A stretch of 64,000 bases of DNA from an uncultured candidate division Zixibacteria bacterium (lineage in GTDB: Bacteria; Zixibacteria; MSB-5A5; UBA10806; 4484-95), in contig CAXXKA010000008.1 in the NCBI GenBank assembly GCA_963668625.2, positions 448,001-512,000 on the forward strand, written 5' to 3'. The notes under the pieces were generated by a model. That model saw only the letters and a list, made by a program, of their open reading frames with translations. It had not been told where the DNA came from and did not search any database. Below are positions 51,531-61,903 of this stretch, in pieces. The first letter of the stretch is position 1, and each line of letters starts with the position of its first letter. Made by a program: the position numbers and the translations under genes.

Positions 51531-51753
51531 AGTTCCTCCCATCACTCGCCTGTTCGGCGATCCCTTCCGGGCATACCCGCGTGGACTACTCATCGGACTC
51601 CCCCCAGCGGTTTGCCCGTCCTTTCATCCACGCGGACTCTCTCACCCATTACGAATTACTTGTGTCATCAATACAACCGGTACCGGATTGTGCCTTTGCC
51701 ATATTAGTTAGTGTTACATACAACGATTCCAAATAATCCACCCGATAAACCCA

Positions 51754-52338
51754 TCAATGTCCACCCAGCTCATCCCGAATTAACACCCCATCATCTATAT
51801 AGCCAACTTCGCCGGAACGGCTCCCGCGAATGTGCCAGGAGCCGTTTTTATCTATATTTAAACCGGCATATTTTAATATTCCCTGCAGGTTTGATGTTGG
51901 AAGCACCTTGATCTCGCGCGATGATATCTCTATTACTGATCGTGCTTCGTATCTATCAATCATACTGTAGGTACAGATACATCCTCTCCAATTATCTATC
52001 TCTATAGCTTGAGATTCCATGCAGATATCGATTATAAGCGTATCATTTTCACTTACAATGATGCTGTCGAAAAAAACGGGGTTATAAGCAATACAACTGG
52101 CAACAAGAGTTATAGCGGTATTAGCAGGCACTTTCATGATTATGTATTCGCCGTTTATGGCGTTAACCATTGCGCCTAAAGTAGTACCCTCTATCTGCAC
52201 CCGTGCTCCGATAACCGGCTGATCATTGTCGAAATCCAATACGGTTCCTATTATAATTCCGGTACTACCAGTAGCGAATGAACACTGGCTGATTATTAGT
52301 ATGTAGATTACTATCACCACTCGTATCATTATTTTCAC
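51754..52338 (-). CDS. Carboxypeptidase-regulatory-like + plug-like protein without barrel
   Basis: Paralogous to N-terminus of 49458-51530 (NQPVIGARVQ.EGTT.GA; HIRGSRSGEVGYIDDGVLIRD). Confidence 0.7.
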   Translation of the reverse strand: MKIMIRVVIVIYILIISQCSFATGSTGIIIGTVLDFDNDQPVIGARVQIEGTTLGAMVNAINGEYIIMKVPANTAITLVASCIAYNPVFFDSIIVSENDTLIIDICMESQAIEIDNWRGCICTYSMIDRYEARSVIEISSREIKVLPTSNLQGILKYAGLNIDKNGSWHIRGSRSGEVGYIDDGVLIRDELGGH

Positions 52339-52565
52339 TCCGGATACACCATCACACTTTAATTAACAAAAGAATCCTGATACTCATCTATTCAAGTTTA
52401 TCGTTTATGCCGGTTAAATCGCTCGTTGAGAGCGCCTCACAATCAATTCATTCGAGCGTCCGTCCGGTTTATATACAATTTAGTATTTGAATTATTCCGT
52501 AAGAATTTAAAGGGGGGGCTAACCCGGCTATGACTTAATCGGCGGCGTTAGGTATCTCTTGCGAA

Positions 52566-52943
52566 TTATTCCAGGTCCAGCCAGCGATCCTCGATGGAGC
52601 TTGTCTCGATAAAATCCTCGAGCAATCTGGTATCGTCATCTGTTGCATCCAGCAGTTCAACACCGGAGTCGAAGAAACCGGGATGGTCGCCAACTGCCGA
52701 CCAGACTACACGTCCGTTAAAATGTAATTCACGTTTGCTCTTGAAAGATTCCGGCAGAATTACGTCGAGTTTTATCTCCTTGTTTGGCTCGAGAGGATCG
52801 GGACCGTAAAGACCCAGGCCACTTACAGATAAATCGACGGCCTCCCCCAGGGTCTTATCGGTGCTTGTTTCCTGGACTTTTGTGTAAGAGATAACATGTA
52901 CTCGTTTGTTAGCTCGCCTTTCGCTCATGGTTATGCCCCCCAA
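52566..52943 (-). CDS. PilZ domain protein
   Basis: RRANKR and DLSVSG motifs. Confidence 0.85.
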   Translation of the reverse strand: MGGITMSERRANKRVHVISYTKVQETSTDKTLGEAVDLSVSGLGLYGPDPLEPNKEIKLDVILPESFKSKRELHFNGRVVWSAVGDHPGFFDSGVELLDATDDDTRLLEDFIETSSIEDRWLDLE

Positions 52944-52957
52944 ATAGCGAAGAAATA

Positions 52958-53326
52958 TTAATAATTAAATGAATGAAATTTCATTAAATAATCGATCGTA
53001 TGCCTGCTTGTTTCAGGTAACTGGGTGAACTCGAAGCCGACATCGAAATAATCTGGATTATAAGCTTTCTTGCACCATCTGCAGTTACCCTCGAAACGGA
53101 TATCTGTCTCATCGGTGATAGCTACTCCATCGGGTAAAGCCATCCTGAAATTGAACCTGGTGTCACGCTCGATAGGTCTATCGCTCATAATCATCATGCC
53201 CTCAGGAGTAATATTCACTAACCGCCCGGTAACACTGTTTTTGTCGCTGTCGAGTACCTGTGAGTAATTATACAGATATCTTCTTACTGACTTTCTTTTC
53301 TCATCCATAGCGCCTCTCTCTTTCAA
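52958..53326 (-). CDS. PilZ domain protein
   Basis: KRKSVRR and NITPEG motifs, GFEF. Confidence 0.8.
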   Translation of the reverse strand: MKERGAMDEKRKSVRRYLYNYSQVLDSDKNSVTGRLVNITPEGMMIMSDRPIERDTRFNFRMALPDGVAITDETDIRFEGNCRWCKKAYNPDYFDVGFEFTQLPETSRHTIDYLMKFHSFNY

Positions 53327-53459
53327 TATTTATTATCGGCTGGTTTCATAAGATAATAATCTTTCTGAAATTAATCATTCTTCCTGTCATTGCCCGTGAT
53401 GTTAATCCCGGTGCTACATTCGTACCATTTTAAAAACATATCATCACTCGGCTGGACTG

Positions 53460-53807
53460 CTAGAAAATACTGGCATGTTTAATCAGCCGGTCGATTATTC
53501 TGGCAGATTTATCGTTGATGTTCACGAAAGCAAAACCATTATCGTATTGATTCTCTATCGAAGCTTGTTTGGACCATTTGCTTTTCGCCTCGATTACCAG
53601 ATTTCTTTTGCCCTCGATTGCTTCGGGTAAAATCAGTTTGAATTTGTACTCGTTATCGGAACTGATTGGCTTCTCACTGACCATCATCATGCCTTCGTGG
53701 GTAATATCCACCAGGCGCCCCGCCATCTCTCTCGTGTCCTCATCGAAAACTCTGGAGTAGTAATAGAGATGCCGTCTGGGCAGCTTTCTTCTCTCCTCCA
53801 TATCCAT
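53460..53807 (-). CDS. PilZ domain protein
   Basis: RRKLPRR and DITHEG motifs. Confidence 0.8.
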   Translation of the reverse strand: MDMEERRKLPRRHLYYYSRVFDEDTREMAGRLVDITHEGMMMVSEKPISSDNEYKFKLILPEAIEGKRNLVIEAKSKWSKQASIENQYDNGFAFVNINDKSARIIDRLIKHASIF

Positions 53808-54087
53808 CCCCTGACAAACATGAAAATTTATCTTGCCACTATTTATTACTTAACATGTTGTCTATTAAGATGATCGGCAGCATAGACGGATACCTGACTT
53901 TATAAAAGGCAAAATTTGTCAAGAGATTAGCAATATTGGTTAATATTTTAGCAAGCAGAGGCAAGCATTCGATATCGGGATTGATTAAATCTAACTTGAC
54001 TTTTGTGTATACGGGAAATAATATGGGTTATTCGATAGCGAATGAAGAAGATAACAAACTAATCGTTGAATTGATATACGAACACCG

Positions 54088-55281
54088 GTGGTATCTATGA
54101 GTGAAAAGCCCGATTTATCAGCATTAAGAATCAACCGTGACCAGGAGCGGGAGACATTTCCCTCCGGCAAATATTTAAAGATTGCCCTCTGGATTATTAT
54201 TCCGGTGATATTTATATTTGCGCTGCTACTAATATTAAACAGCTTATCCCCCACGGTAGAGATCAAAACCGATATCGCTCGAAAACTTACTGTTAACCAA
54301 TCGCAGGCGGTGCTAAGCGCTACCGGTTACGTGGTAGCTCAACGTCAGGCGGCGGTTGCCTCCAAAGCTACGGGTCGTCTGGAGTACTTGAGCGCCGAGG
54401 AGGGTGATCGGGTAAGCAAGGGCGAATTAATTGGCAGGTTGGAAAATAATGATATGATAGCGGCGCTCGATATGTCTAAAGCCCAGTTGGCCCAGGCAAG
54501 AGCAGAAAGCACCGAGGCAGCGCTAAACTATAACCGTCAGAGCAAATTGTTGGAGACAGGTTCGACCACCGGTGATGTGGTCGAGATAGCCGAGGCAAAA
54601 TTCAAAGCCGCAGCGGCTGGTGTCGAATACGCCAAGGCCTCCGTAAAATCCTCTAAGGTGGCGTTGGAGAACACCTACATACGCGCTCCTTTCGACGGCA
54701 CCGTGCTGACCAAGTACGCCGATTTAGGCGAGATAGTCGCTCCGATGGCGGCCTCGGCCACCTCGCAAGGAGCTATAGTCGATCTGGCCGATATGAAATC
54801 GCTCGAGGTGGAGGCGGATGTCTCGGAGTCCAACATCCAGCGGGTGGAGATGAATCAACCCTGTGAGATCATCCTCGATGCCTATCCCGAGAACAGTTAC
54901 CGGGGATATGTCAAAAAAATAGTGCCGACAGCCGACAGGTCTCGGGCTACGGTGATGACAAAAGTGGCGTTTTTCGATATCGATAATTACGTGCTGCCGG
55001 AGATGAGCGCCCGGGTGAATTTCCTGAAAAATGAAACGTCGGAAAATGCGGAACCCGAGCCGAACACGGTGACAGTCGATAACAAGGCGCTTATCATGAG
55101 AGGCGGCGCTCATGCGTTGTTTATCGTAGAGGGTGATATTGCCCGCGAGATAAAAGTGGAAACCGGCAGGAAACTGGGAAAACGAACCGAGATTATAAGC
55201 GGGATAAATGTCGGGCAAAAAGTTATTCTCTCGCCTCCCTCTGATTTGCAAACCGGAGATAAAATAGAAATTAGCCAATAG
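54088..55281 (+). CDS. Efflux transporter periplasmic adaptor (MFP) subunit
   Basis: N-terminal TM, GYVVA, IRAPFDG, VSESNI. Confidence 0.9.
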   Translation: MVSMSEKPDLSALRINRDQERETFPSGKYLKIALWIIIPVIFIFALLLILNSLSPTVEIKTDIARKLTVNQSQAVLSATGYVVAQRQAAVASKATGRLEYLSAEEGDRVSKGELIGRLENNDMIAALDMSKAQLAQARAESTEAALNYNRQSKLLETGSTTGDVVEIAEAKFKAAAAGVEYAKASVKSSKVALENTYIRAPFDGTVLTKYADLGEIVAPMAASATSQGAIVDLADMKSLEVEADVSESNIQRVEMNQPCEIILDAYPENSYRGYVKKIVPTADRSRATVMTKVAFFDIDNYVLPEMSARVNFLKNETSENAEPEPNTVTVDNKALIMRGGAHALFIVEGDIAREIKVETGRKLGKRTEIISGINVGQKVILSPPSDLQTGDKIEISQ

Positions 55282-55285
55282 AAGG

Positions 55286-55969
55286 ATGTTTTCAATGACG
55301 GAAACACTCGTAAAACTGACTAACGTAAATAAAAGCTACAGACGGGATAGTTTGAAAATCCCGGTGCTGGATAATATCAATCTCGAAATACCGGAGGGCG
55401 AGTTTTTGGCCCTGATGGGGCCGTCCGGCTCTGGTAAAACTACTCTTTTAAACCTGATCGCGGGAATAGATTCGCCAACCGCCGGCGATATCGTTATCGG
55501 GGATATAAAAGTCAGCGGGCTGTCCGAATCGAGGCTGGCCAACTGGCGGGCGCGGAATATCGGATTCGTCTTTCAGTTCTATAACCTGATGCCGGTACTC
55601 ACGGCATTCGAAAACGTCGAACTGCCTCTTCTGCTAACCGGGCTTTCGGGCAAGGAACGCCGTAAGCATGTCGAGACCGCGCTTTCGATTGTCGGGCTTG
55701 CGGATCGCATGAAACATTATCCCCGTCAGCTTTCCGGCGGACAGGAGCAACGGGTTGCCATAGCGCGCGCCCTGGTCACCGACCCGACCCTGATTTTAGC
55801 CGATGAACCGACCGGCGATCTGGATAAGAATTCAGCCGAGGAGATCATGAGTTTACTCACGACCCTGAACGAGGAATACAACAAAACGATAATCATGGTG
55901 ACCCACGATTCTCGCGCCGCCGAGAAAGCTCATGTGGAAAAACATCTCGATAAAGGCGAGTTGAGCTGA
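55286..55969 (+). CDS. ABC transporter ATP-binding protein (MacB/LolD-like)
   Basis: [26 protein letters not shown]. Confidence 0.95.
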   Translation: MFSMTETLVKLTNVNKSYRRDSLKIPVLDNINLEIPEGEFLALMGPSGSGKTTLLNLIAGIDSPTAGDIVIGDIKVSGLSESRLANWRARNIGFVFQFYNLMPVLTAFENVELPLLLTGLSGKERRKHVETALSIVGLADRMKHYPRQLSGGQEQRVAIARALVTDPTLILADEPTGDLDKNSAEEIMSLLTTLNEEYNKTIIMVTHDSRAAEKAHVEKHLDKGELS

Positions 55970-55971
55970 TT

Positions 55972-57132
55972 ATGTGGGCGCTGAAAATGATAAGAAGGAA
56001 TGCCGGCCGTCACAAGCTGAGAACGCTACTGACTATTTTAGGCATGGCGGTGGCCATCATCGCCTTTATCCTGATAAGTACGCTTATAGATGCTTTCTAT
56101 AAGTCGGCGGAGGTGCTGCCTCCTGACAGGTTGGTAACTCGTCACGCGGTCTCGTTCATATTCGAGCTTCCAATGTCATACTACGAAAAGATAAAGCGTG
56201 TCGATGGTGTAGAGGATGTCTGCTATGGTAACTGGTTCGGTGGAACCTACAAGGATGATCCGAAAAATTTCTTCGCCAGCGTAGCTATTGGACCGGATAA
56301 TTATTTCGATATTTACGCGGAGTATATCATTCCGGAGGATCAGAAAAAGGAATTTTACACGCATCGCAATTCCTGTATGGCCGGTGTGCAGCTTGCCAAT
56401 CGTTTCGGTTGGAAAATCGGGGATGTTATCAGGTTAACCGGCCAGATATATCCCGGCGAGTGGGAGTTCGTTTTAAGAGCTATCTATAAAGGCGATAAAA
56501 CCGGCGTGGATGAGAATACGTTTTATTTCCATAGCGAGTATTTGGATGAGGAGTTGAAAAAACGGGCTCCTATGATGGCTGGTAGTATCGGTTGGTATAT
56601 CATCAAAATAAATGACCCGGAGCGCGCGCCTGAGATAAGTGAGGCAATTGATGAGCTTTTCGCAAACTCCGCCGCCGAGACCCTCACTGAAACCGAGAAG
56701 GCGTTCACGCTAAATTTCATGGCAACCATGGATGCCATAATCAACGGTATGAGGATTATCAGCTTCATGATAATCGGGGTGATACTGATGGTGTTGGCCA
56801 ATACTATGGCGATGAGCGCTCGTGAGCGAACAACTGAGTATGCCGTTTTGAAAACGCTGGGATTCAAATCGTACCATATTACCGGTTTGATCTTCGGGGA
56901 ATCCATGCTGATAGGCGGTATCGGCGGAGCGCTGGGAGTAATACTCACATTCCCGATTCTTTCGGTTTTAGGCAGGTATCTTAAAATGTTTTTCAACCAG
57001 ATCGAGATAGGCTCGTTGACGCTCATGCTCTCGATAATATTTACTGTAATAGTCGCGCTTATCGCCGCCCTTTTCCCCGTAATCCAAACCCTCAGGGTGT
57101 CCATCGTTAATGGTTTGAGAAAGGTTGGGTAG
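55972..57132 (+). CDS. ABC transporter permease (FtsX/MacB-like)
   Basis: RERTTEYAVLKTLGF, ES motif, 4 TM. Confidence 0.9.
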   Translation: MWALKMIRRNAGRHKLRTLLTILGMAVAIIAFILISTLIDAFYKSAEVLPPDRLVTRHAVSFIFELPMSYYEKIKRVDGVEDVCYGNWFGGTYKDDPKNFFASVAIGPDNYFDIYAEYIIPEDQKKEFYTHRNSCMAGVQLANRFGWKIGDVIRLTGQIYPGEWEFVLRAIYKGDKTGVDENTFYFHSEYLDEELKKRAPMMAGSIGWYIIKINDPERAPEISEAIDELFANSAAETLTETEKAFTLNFMATMDAIINGMRIISFMIIGVILMVLANTMAMSARERTTEYAVLKTLGFKSYHITGLIFGESMLIGGIGGALGVILTFPILSVLGRYLKMFFNQIEIGSLTLMLSIIFTVIVALIAALFPVIQTLRVSIVNGLRKVG

Positions 57133-57138
57133 GATTCT

Positions 57139-58305
57139 ATGAGTACACCTATAAGATATTCGGTGAGAAGCGTATTCAATCGCCGCCTTACTTTCACGTT
57201 TACCGTGCTTGGTATAACCCTGGTAGCGTTCGTGTTCGCGGCCGTTCTCATGATGTCCAACGGTATCAAGGAGACACTGGTGGCCTCTGGCTGTGAGGAT
57301 AATGTCGTGGTTATTCGCGAGGGCTCGGTTACCGAGATGCAGAGCTTTGTTAGCCGCGAGCAGTCCAATATTATCGAGACACTGCCGGAGATAAAGCAAA
57401 ATAGCGGGGGAAGACCACTGGTCACCGGCGAAGTGGTTGTGGTTATCAATATCAACAAGTTAGGCACGGATATACCGGCTAATGTGGTTGTTCGTGGAGC
57501 GGGAGTGATGTCCACTGAAGTACACCGGGGTGTGAATATTTATGATGGCAGAATGTTCGAGCTCGGACAAACCGAAATCATAGTTGGTGAAAAGGTAGCC
57601 GATAACTACGAGGGCTGTCAAATTGGCGATATTCTACGTTTCGGCAACACCGACTGGACAGTTGTCGGTTTGTTCGAATCCGATGGCTCTGCTTTCGAAT
57701 CAGAGATTTGGGGTGATGTTGATCAGCTCATGCCGGCTTTCGGTAGGCCTGTTTTCAGTTCGATGACATTCACCATGAACGATATCTCGAAGTTCGATGA
57801 AGTTCGCGACAGGGTACGCTCCGATCCCCGTATGACCGTTACCATGAAACAGGAGCAGGTTTATTACGAGGAACAGTCGACCTCACTGCGAACATTTATT
57901 ACGATTCTCGGCACCGTAATAAGTATCGTGTTCAGTATAGGCGCAATAATCGGCGCGATGATTACCATGTACGCCGCCGTTGCCAATCGTACTACCGAGA
58001 TTGCCACATTGCGAGCGTTGGGTTTCAAACGATTCAATATACTGCTGGCGTTCCTGGTCGAGTCTCTTTCGATTGCCACCATTGGTGGATTACTGGGGCT
58101 CGTGATTGCTTCGTTGCTGAGTTTCGTGGATGTTTCCACCATGAACTGGGAGTCGTTCTCCGAGATTACTTTCAGTTTCGAGATGTCCTGGGAAATTGTA
58201 ATCAGTGTTATGATATTCGCAGTGGTAATGGGATTCGTAGGCGGTTTTCTACCCGCTATCCGTGCCTCTCGAATAAAGATAACCGAGGCTTTGAGAGCGG
58301 AATAA
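57139..58305 (+). CDS. ABC transporter permease (FtsX/MacB-like)
   Basis: NRTTEIATLRALGF, PAIRASR. Confidence 0.9.
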   Translation: MSTPIRYSVRSVFNRRLTFTFTVLGITLVAFVFAAVLMMSNGIKETLVASGCEDNVVVIREGSVTEMQSFVSREQSNIIETLPEIKQNSGGRPLVTGEVVVVININKLGTDIPANVVVRGAGVMSTEVHRGVNIYDGRMFELGQTEIIVGEKVADNYEGCQIGDILRFGNTDWTVVGLFESDGSAFESEIWGDVDQLMPAFGRPVFSSMTFTMNDISKFDEVRDRVRSDPRMTVTMKQEQVYYEEQSTSLRTFITILGTVISIVFSIGAIIGAMITMYAAVANRTTEIATLRALGFKRFNILLAFLVESLSIATIGGLLGLVIASLLSFVDVSTMNWESFSEITFSFEMSWEIVISVMIFAVVMGFVGGFLPAIRASRIKITEALRAE

Positions 58306-58462
58306 AATTTACATTAAACTATATTTAATACTTTCATATTCGCTTGCCGTAAAATGCGCGGTTTATTATAATGTTTACGTTTACTGGTCTTAATTATTTT
58401 TGTTGGAAAAGATGTATCGATACCATGTCCTGTGATGATTTTATTAAATCGGGAGAAACTAT

Positions 58463-59389
58463 TTGACTCAATCCAGGTTGAAAAACATCATAAAAAAAAC
58501 CCTCGAGGAAAAATTCCCATCTAATTTGGATAAATATGAAAAGGAAAAATGCCTTAACGAGACAGCCGGTAAAATATTGGATATCATAAGGCGGGAGATT
58601 TTCGATCCCCCCGATTCCGATGAGGGTATTGCTTTCGACGGCGAACCGATTGACGGTAAATTCGCGGAAATGGCCCAGCGGGTACTTAGCGATGTCAAAT
58701 TCGGCTACCTCTCCAGTAATCTTCAAATGATGATGGCTTTGGGCAGTGCGATTGCCGAACGTTATACCGGTAGCAGCGCGCATAATTTCAAGGTTACCCT
58801 TTTTGCCGTGCGCCTGGGCGAGCTTGCGGGGTTGGAGAAAAGTAAAATGCAGGCTTTGATAAAAGGCTCGTTCCTTCATGATATAGGCAAAATTGGCATT
58901 CCCGATAGAATTCTTCTGAAAGAAGGCAAGCTCTCCGATTTCGAGAAAGTTACGATGCATGAGCATGTGAAGTTAGGCTCACATATTATTCGCGAGGTGA
59001 AATGGCTCGAGGATGCCGTTGATATAGTGTTGTACCATCATGAGCGCTGGGATGGCTCGGGATACTTATCCAATATGGAGGGGGATGATATACCGGTAAA
59101 CGCGCGTATATTTTCCATTGTGGATGTTTTCGACGCGCTAACCTCCGATCGCCCGTATAAGCCGTATATCACTTATGATGAGACCATCGATTATATGAAA
59201 GATCAATCGGGGAAACATTTCGATCCGGAGTTATTCGATCTTTTTATAACGATAGCGGAGGATTCGTATTCTACCATAAGTGATAAAAATTTTCAGGAAT
59301 TGAATAATCTTATTAAAGATGTGATTCAGCGATATTTCGATATAGACTTGGCTGATAAGAAACTTCAAACGAAATACAGCTTATTATAA
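58463..59389 (+). CDS. HD-GYP domain phosphodiesterase-like protein
   Basis: LHDIGKIG, HHERWDGSGY, DVFDALTSDRPYK. Confidence 0.88.
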   Translation: MTQSRLKNIIKKTLEEKFPSNLDKYEKEKCLNETAGKILDIIRREIFDPPDSDEGIAFDGEPIDGKFAEMAQRVLSDVKFGYLSSNLQMMMALGSAIAERYTGSSAHNFKVTLFAVRLGELAGLEKSKMQALIKGSFLHDIGKIGIPDRILLKEGKLSDFEKVTMHEHVKLGSHIIREVKWLEDAVDIVLYHHERWDGSGYLSNMEGDDIPVNARIFSIVDVFDALTSDRPYKPYITYDETIDYMKDQSGKHFDPELFDLFITIAEDSYSTISDKNFQELNNLIKDVIQRYFDIDLADKKLQTKYSLL

Positions 59390-59740
59390 ATATCTTATTT
59401 TTTTGATGTAGAATTACTATAAGCGGTGGTGATGTTGGTTATATGCCGCAGGGGCACGGCATGTAATGCTATCTACGATAGATGGAGATATGGCCTGGAT
59501 GTTAAGCGTTTAAAATATTCATGATTCGCCGGGCGGACGAAGCCTTTTGTTCAGCCTTTCCCGGCTAATTGCCATATGAACCCGGGTATCAGGAAATGAT
59601 GAATAAAGGACACCGTCCTCCTGCCACCGCAAGTAATATCTTGATGTGATTTAGAAAGCCGGTATCACGGGACTTGCCGACATCCCGTTGGCAAGGTAGG
59701 CAGGGCCGCTATTTTTGCGACCCTGCTTTATAATTATAAT

Positions 59741-61894
59741 CTATTCGGGTTTGGAAAAGAAATTATCGTCTACGTTGGGATTAATCTTAAATTCGGAAAT
59801 CTCGATTTTCATTACCTGCTGACCATCCATGCTTCTGTAGGTGATAAGCGGTAAGTTGACGCCGCTTATATCCGAATAGTTATCGTAGGTCTCGATGATA
59901 TTACCTTCACCGGTGACTGTTTCGCCCCAGTACGAGTTGGAGGCCAGTCTGTGGGAGTCGGCATAAAAGCCTAACCGGCAGATTTTTTCGCCGCTACCAT
60001 CGAGCAGCGCGACATAGTCGATATCTTTGCCGTCGACTTTATCATTACCGTTATAAACAGCTTTATACTCGGGATTGCCGGCGGTAGAGAACACGTACAC
60101 GACATCTCTCATTAGCTCGTTCGAATCTTTAGTGATATCCTCGGGAGTTTTTTCCACCAGTTCGCCCATCTGGTTCGTTTTCCAGCCGGCATCACCGTTA
60201 CGGATATCGAGCATCTCGTTACCCATCATATTGACAACGGTTTTGCTCTTGTCCGGGAAAATTTGGCACTGCTCGACCGCCAGCGGAAAATCTCCTCGCG
60301 GCGTGCTCAGTATGTAAGTTCCCTTATGCGATTGGCCTTTCACTTTCTTGAAATTATCCATACCGCCGTGAGCGTTTATCGCGGCCAGGAGAATGTCGCC
60401 ACCTTTGGCCAACGCTTCCGGTGTGGCCTCGATAGCCTCGCTTGTTTCGCCCGAGGGGATCGTTATGTCAACCTGAGTGACCGGGCCCAGCCCGAGATCC
60501 TCAAGCGGCATATCGAAATCAGCTTTATTGCCGACCACGATTATATACATCTCGTCCGGGTGAAGATTACTCTTGGCCGCTTCTAATACATCCTGCTTGG
60601 TTACATTTTCAACGGCTTCTTTCCTTCTAAAGAGAAGGTCTTCATCGAGGCCGTAAAAATCGTATGTCATCATACGATTAACCACCTCGGACTTGGTATC
60701 GAAATTGAACACGAAGGAATTCAAGTATCCATCCTTGCCCAGCTTCATCTCGGTATCCGTCGGTAAATCGGTTTGCATGCTTTTAATTTGCTTGATCATC
60801 TCTTTGATAGCTTTGCCGGTGTTTTCGGCATTGGCGAAAGCGTAGGCATAGAAAAGACCGGGATACTTGATATTAGCCGTATAGCTGCCACCGGCGGAGT
60901 ACGCCAGCCCCAGACGAGTGCGGACATTGTTAGTCAACCTGCTACCGAATCCGCCGCCCAGTACGCTGTTCATAACGATCCTGTCGGGGTAGTCCTCATC
61001 GAGAGTGTAACCACCGATATGCCCCATGATGATGTTGGTCTGGGGAGCATCGAGTTTTTCCGCGTAGATGAGTTTGCTAACGTACTTGTAATCGACCTGG
61101 GGTGGGGCTGGTATAGTGGTGTTGCCGGCCGGCCAGTCGCTGAAATATTTCTCTATCTTTTTGATGATATCTTTTTTCTTGAGATCGCCCCAGATAGCTA
61201 TCTGGATGTTTTCCGGGTGATAATATTTAGCGTGGAAATCAACCAGGTCATCACGGGTAATGGCGTTTATGGTGGCATATTCGGTGTGACGGCCATACGG
61301 TGAATCCTCTCCGTATAGATTCTTCCTGAATAATCGCGTGGCTATCGGCCAGGGTTCGTCATTACGGCGGGAGATATCGGTACGCTCCTGCACTTTGGCA
61401 AGGTTGATCTTATCCTCATCGAAAACGGGATACCTGAGTACCTGTGATAATACCTCCAGCGCCAGGTCGGTATGCTCGCTCAACACCTGGACGTATGCAG
61501 TACCCGACTCTCTGCCAATCGAGGTTTCTACCGTGCCGCCGATTCCTTCGAGTATTTCATCGAGTTTGTCACCGCTCCATTTTTTGGTGCCGCCGGTGCG
61601 CATGACCGTACCGCATATCGAAGCGAGTCCAACCATATCGGCCGGTTCGAGATACGAGCCGCAATTTACCCGAACACTTGCCTCGAAAGTAGGCAGGCTT
61701 TTATCCTCTATCAAATATAAACGTATGCCGTTATCGAGAGTTTTCTTCTCGACTTTCGGCATCTCGATCTTGTTCAGTTTTGGGAAAGTCAACTCATCGA
61801 CTATATCATTAGCGAGAGAGACCTGAAAAAACATGGTAAATGCCAGGAGAAATATTATCGATCCTGTTATTAACCTTCCTTTATTCATTTCCAA
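59741..61894 (-). CDS. M16 peptidase non-catalytic partner with C-terminal extension
   Basis: LDNG, SRL..NVR..LGLAYS; lacks HxxEH. Confidence 0.85.
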   Translation of the reverse strand: MEMNKGRLITGSIIFLLAFTMFFQVSLANDIVDELTFPKLNKIEMPKVEKKTLDNGIRLYLIEDKSLPTFEASVRVNCGSYLEPADMVGLASICGTVMRTGGTKKWSGDKLDEILEGIGGTVETSIGRESGTAYVQVLSEHTDLALEVLSQVLRYPVFDEDKINLAKVQERTDISRRNDEPWPIATRLFRKNLYGEDSPYGRHTEYATINAITRDDLVDFHAKYYHPENIQIAIWGDLKKKDIIKKIEKYFSDWPAGNTTIPAPPQVDYKYVSKLIYAEKLDAPQTNIIMGHIGGYTLDEDYPDRIVMNSVLGGGFGSRLTNNVRTRLGLAYSAGGSYTANIKYPGLFYAYAFANAENTGKAIKEMIKQIKSMQTDLPTDTEMKLGKDGYLNSFVFNFDTKSEVVNRMMTYDFYGLDEDLLFRRKEAVENVTKQDVLEAAKSNLHPDEMYIIVVGNKADFDMPLEDLGLGPVTQVDITIPSGETSEAIEATPEALAKGGDILLAAINAHGGMDNFKKVKGQSHKGTYILSTPRGDFPLAVEQCQIFPDKSKTVVNMMGNEMLDIRNGDAGWKTNQMGELVEKTPEDITKDSNELMRDVVYVFSTAGNPEYKAVYNGNDKVDGKDIDYVALLDGSGEKICRLGFYADSHRLASNSYWGETVTGEGNIIETYDNYSDISGVNLPLITYRSMDGQQVMKIEISEFKINPNVDDNFFSKPE

Positions 61895-61903
61895 TACCTC
61901 ATG

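Noticed and set aside
56523-57515. 330-aa antisense ORF
   Set aside because: Antisense to two well-supported permease genes; no recognisable motifs
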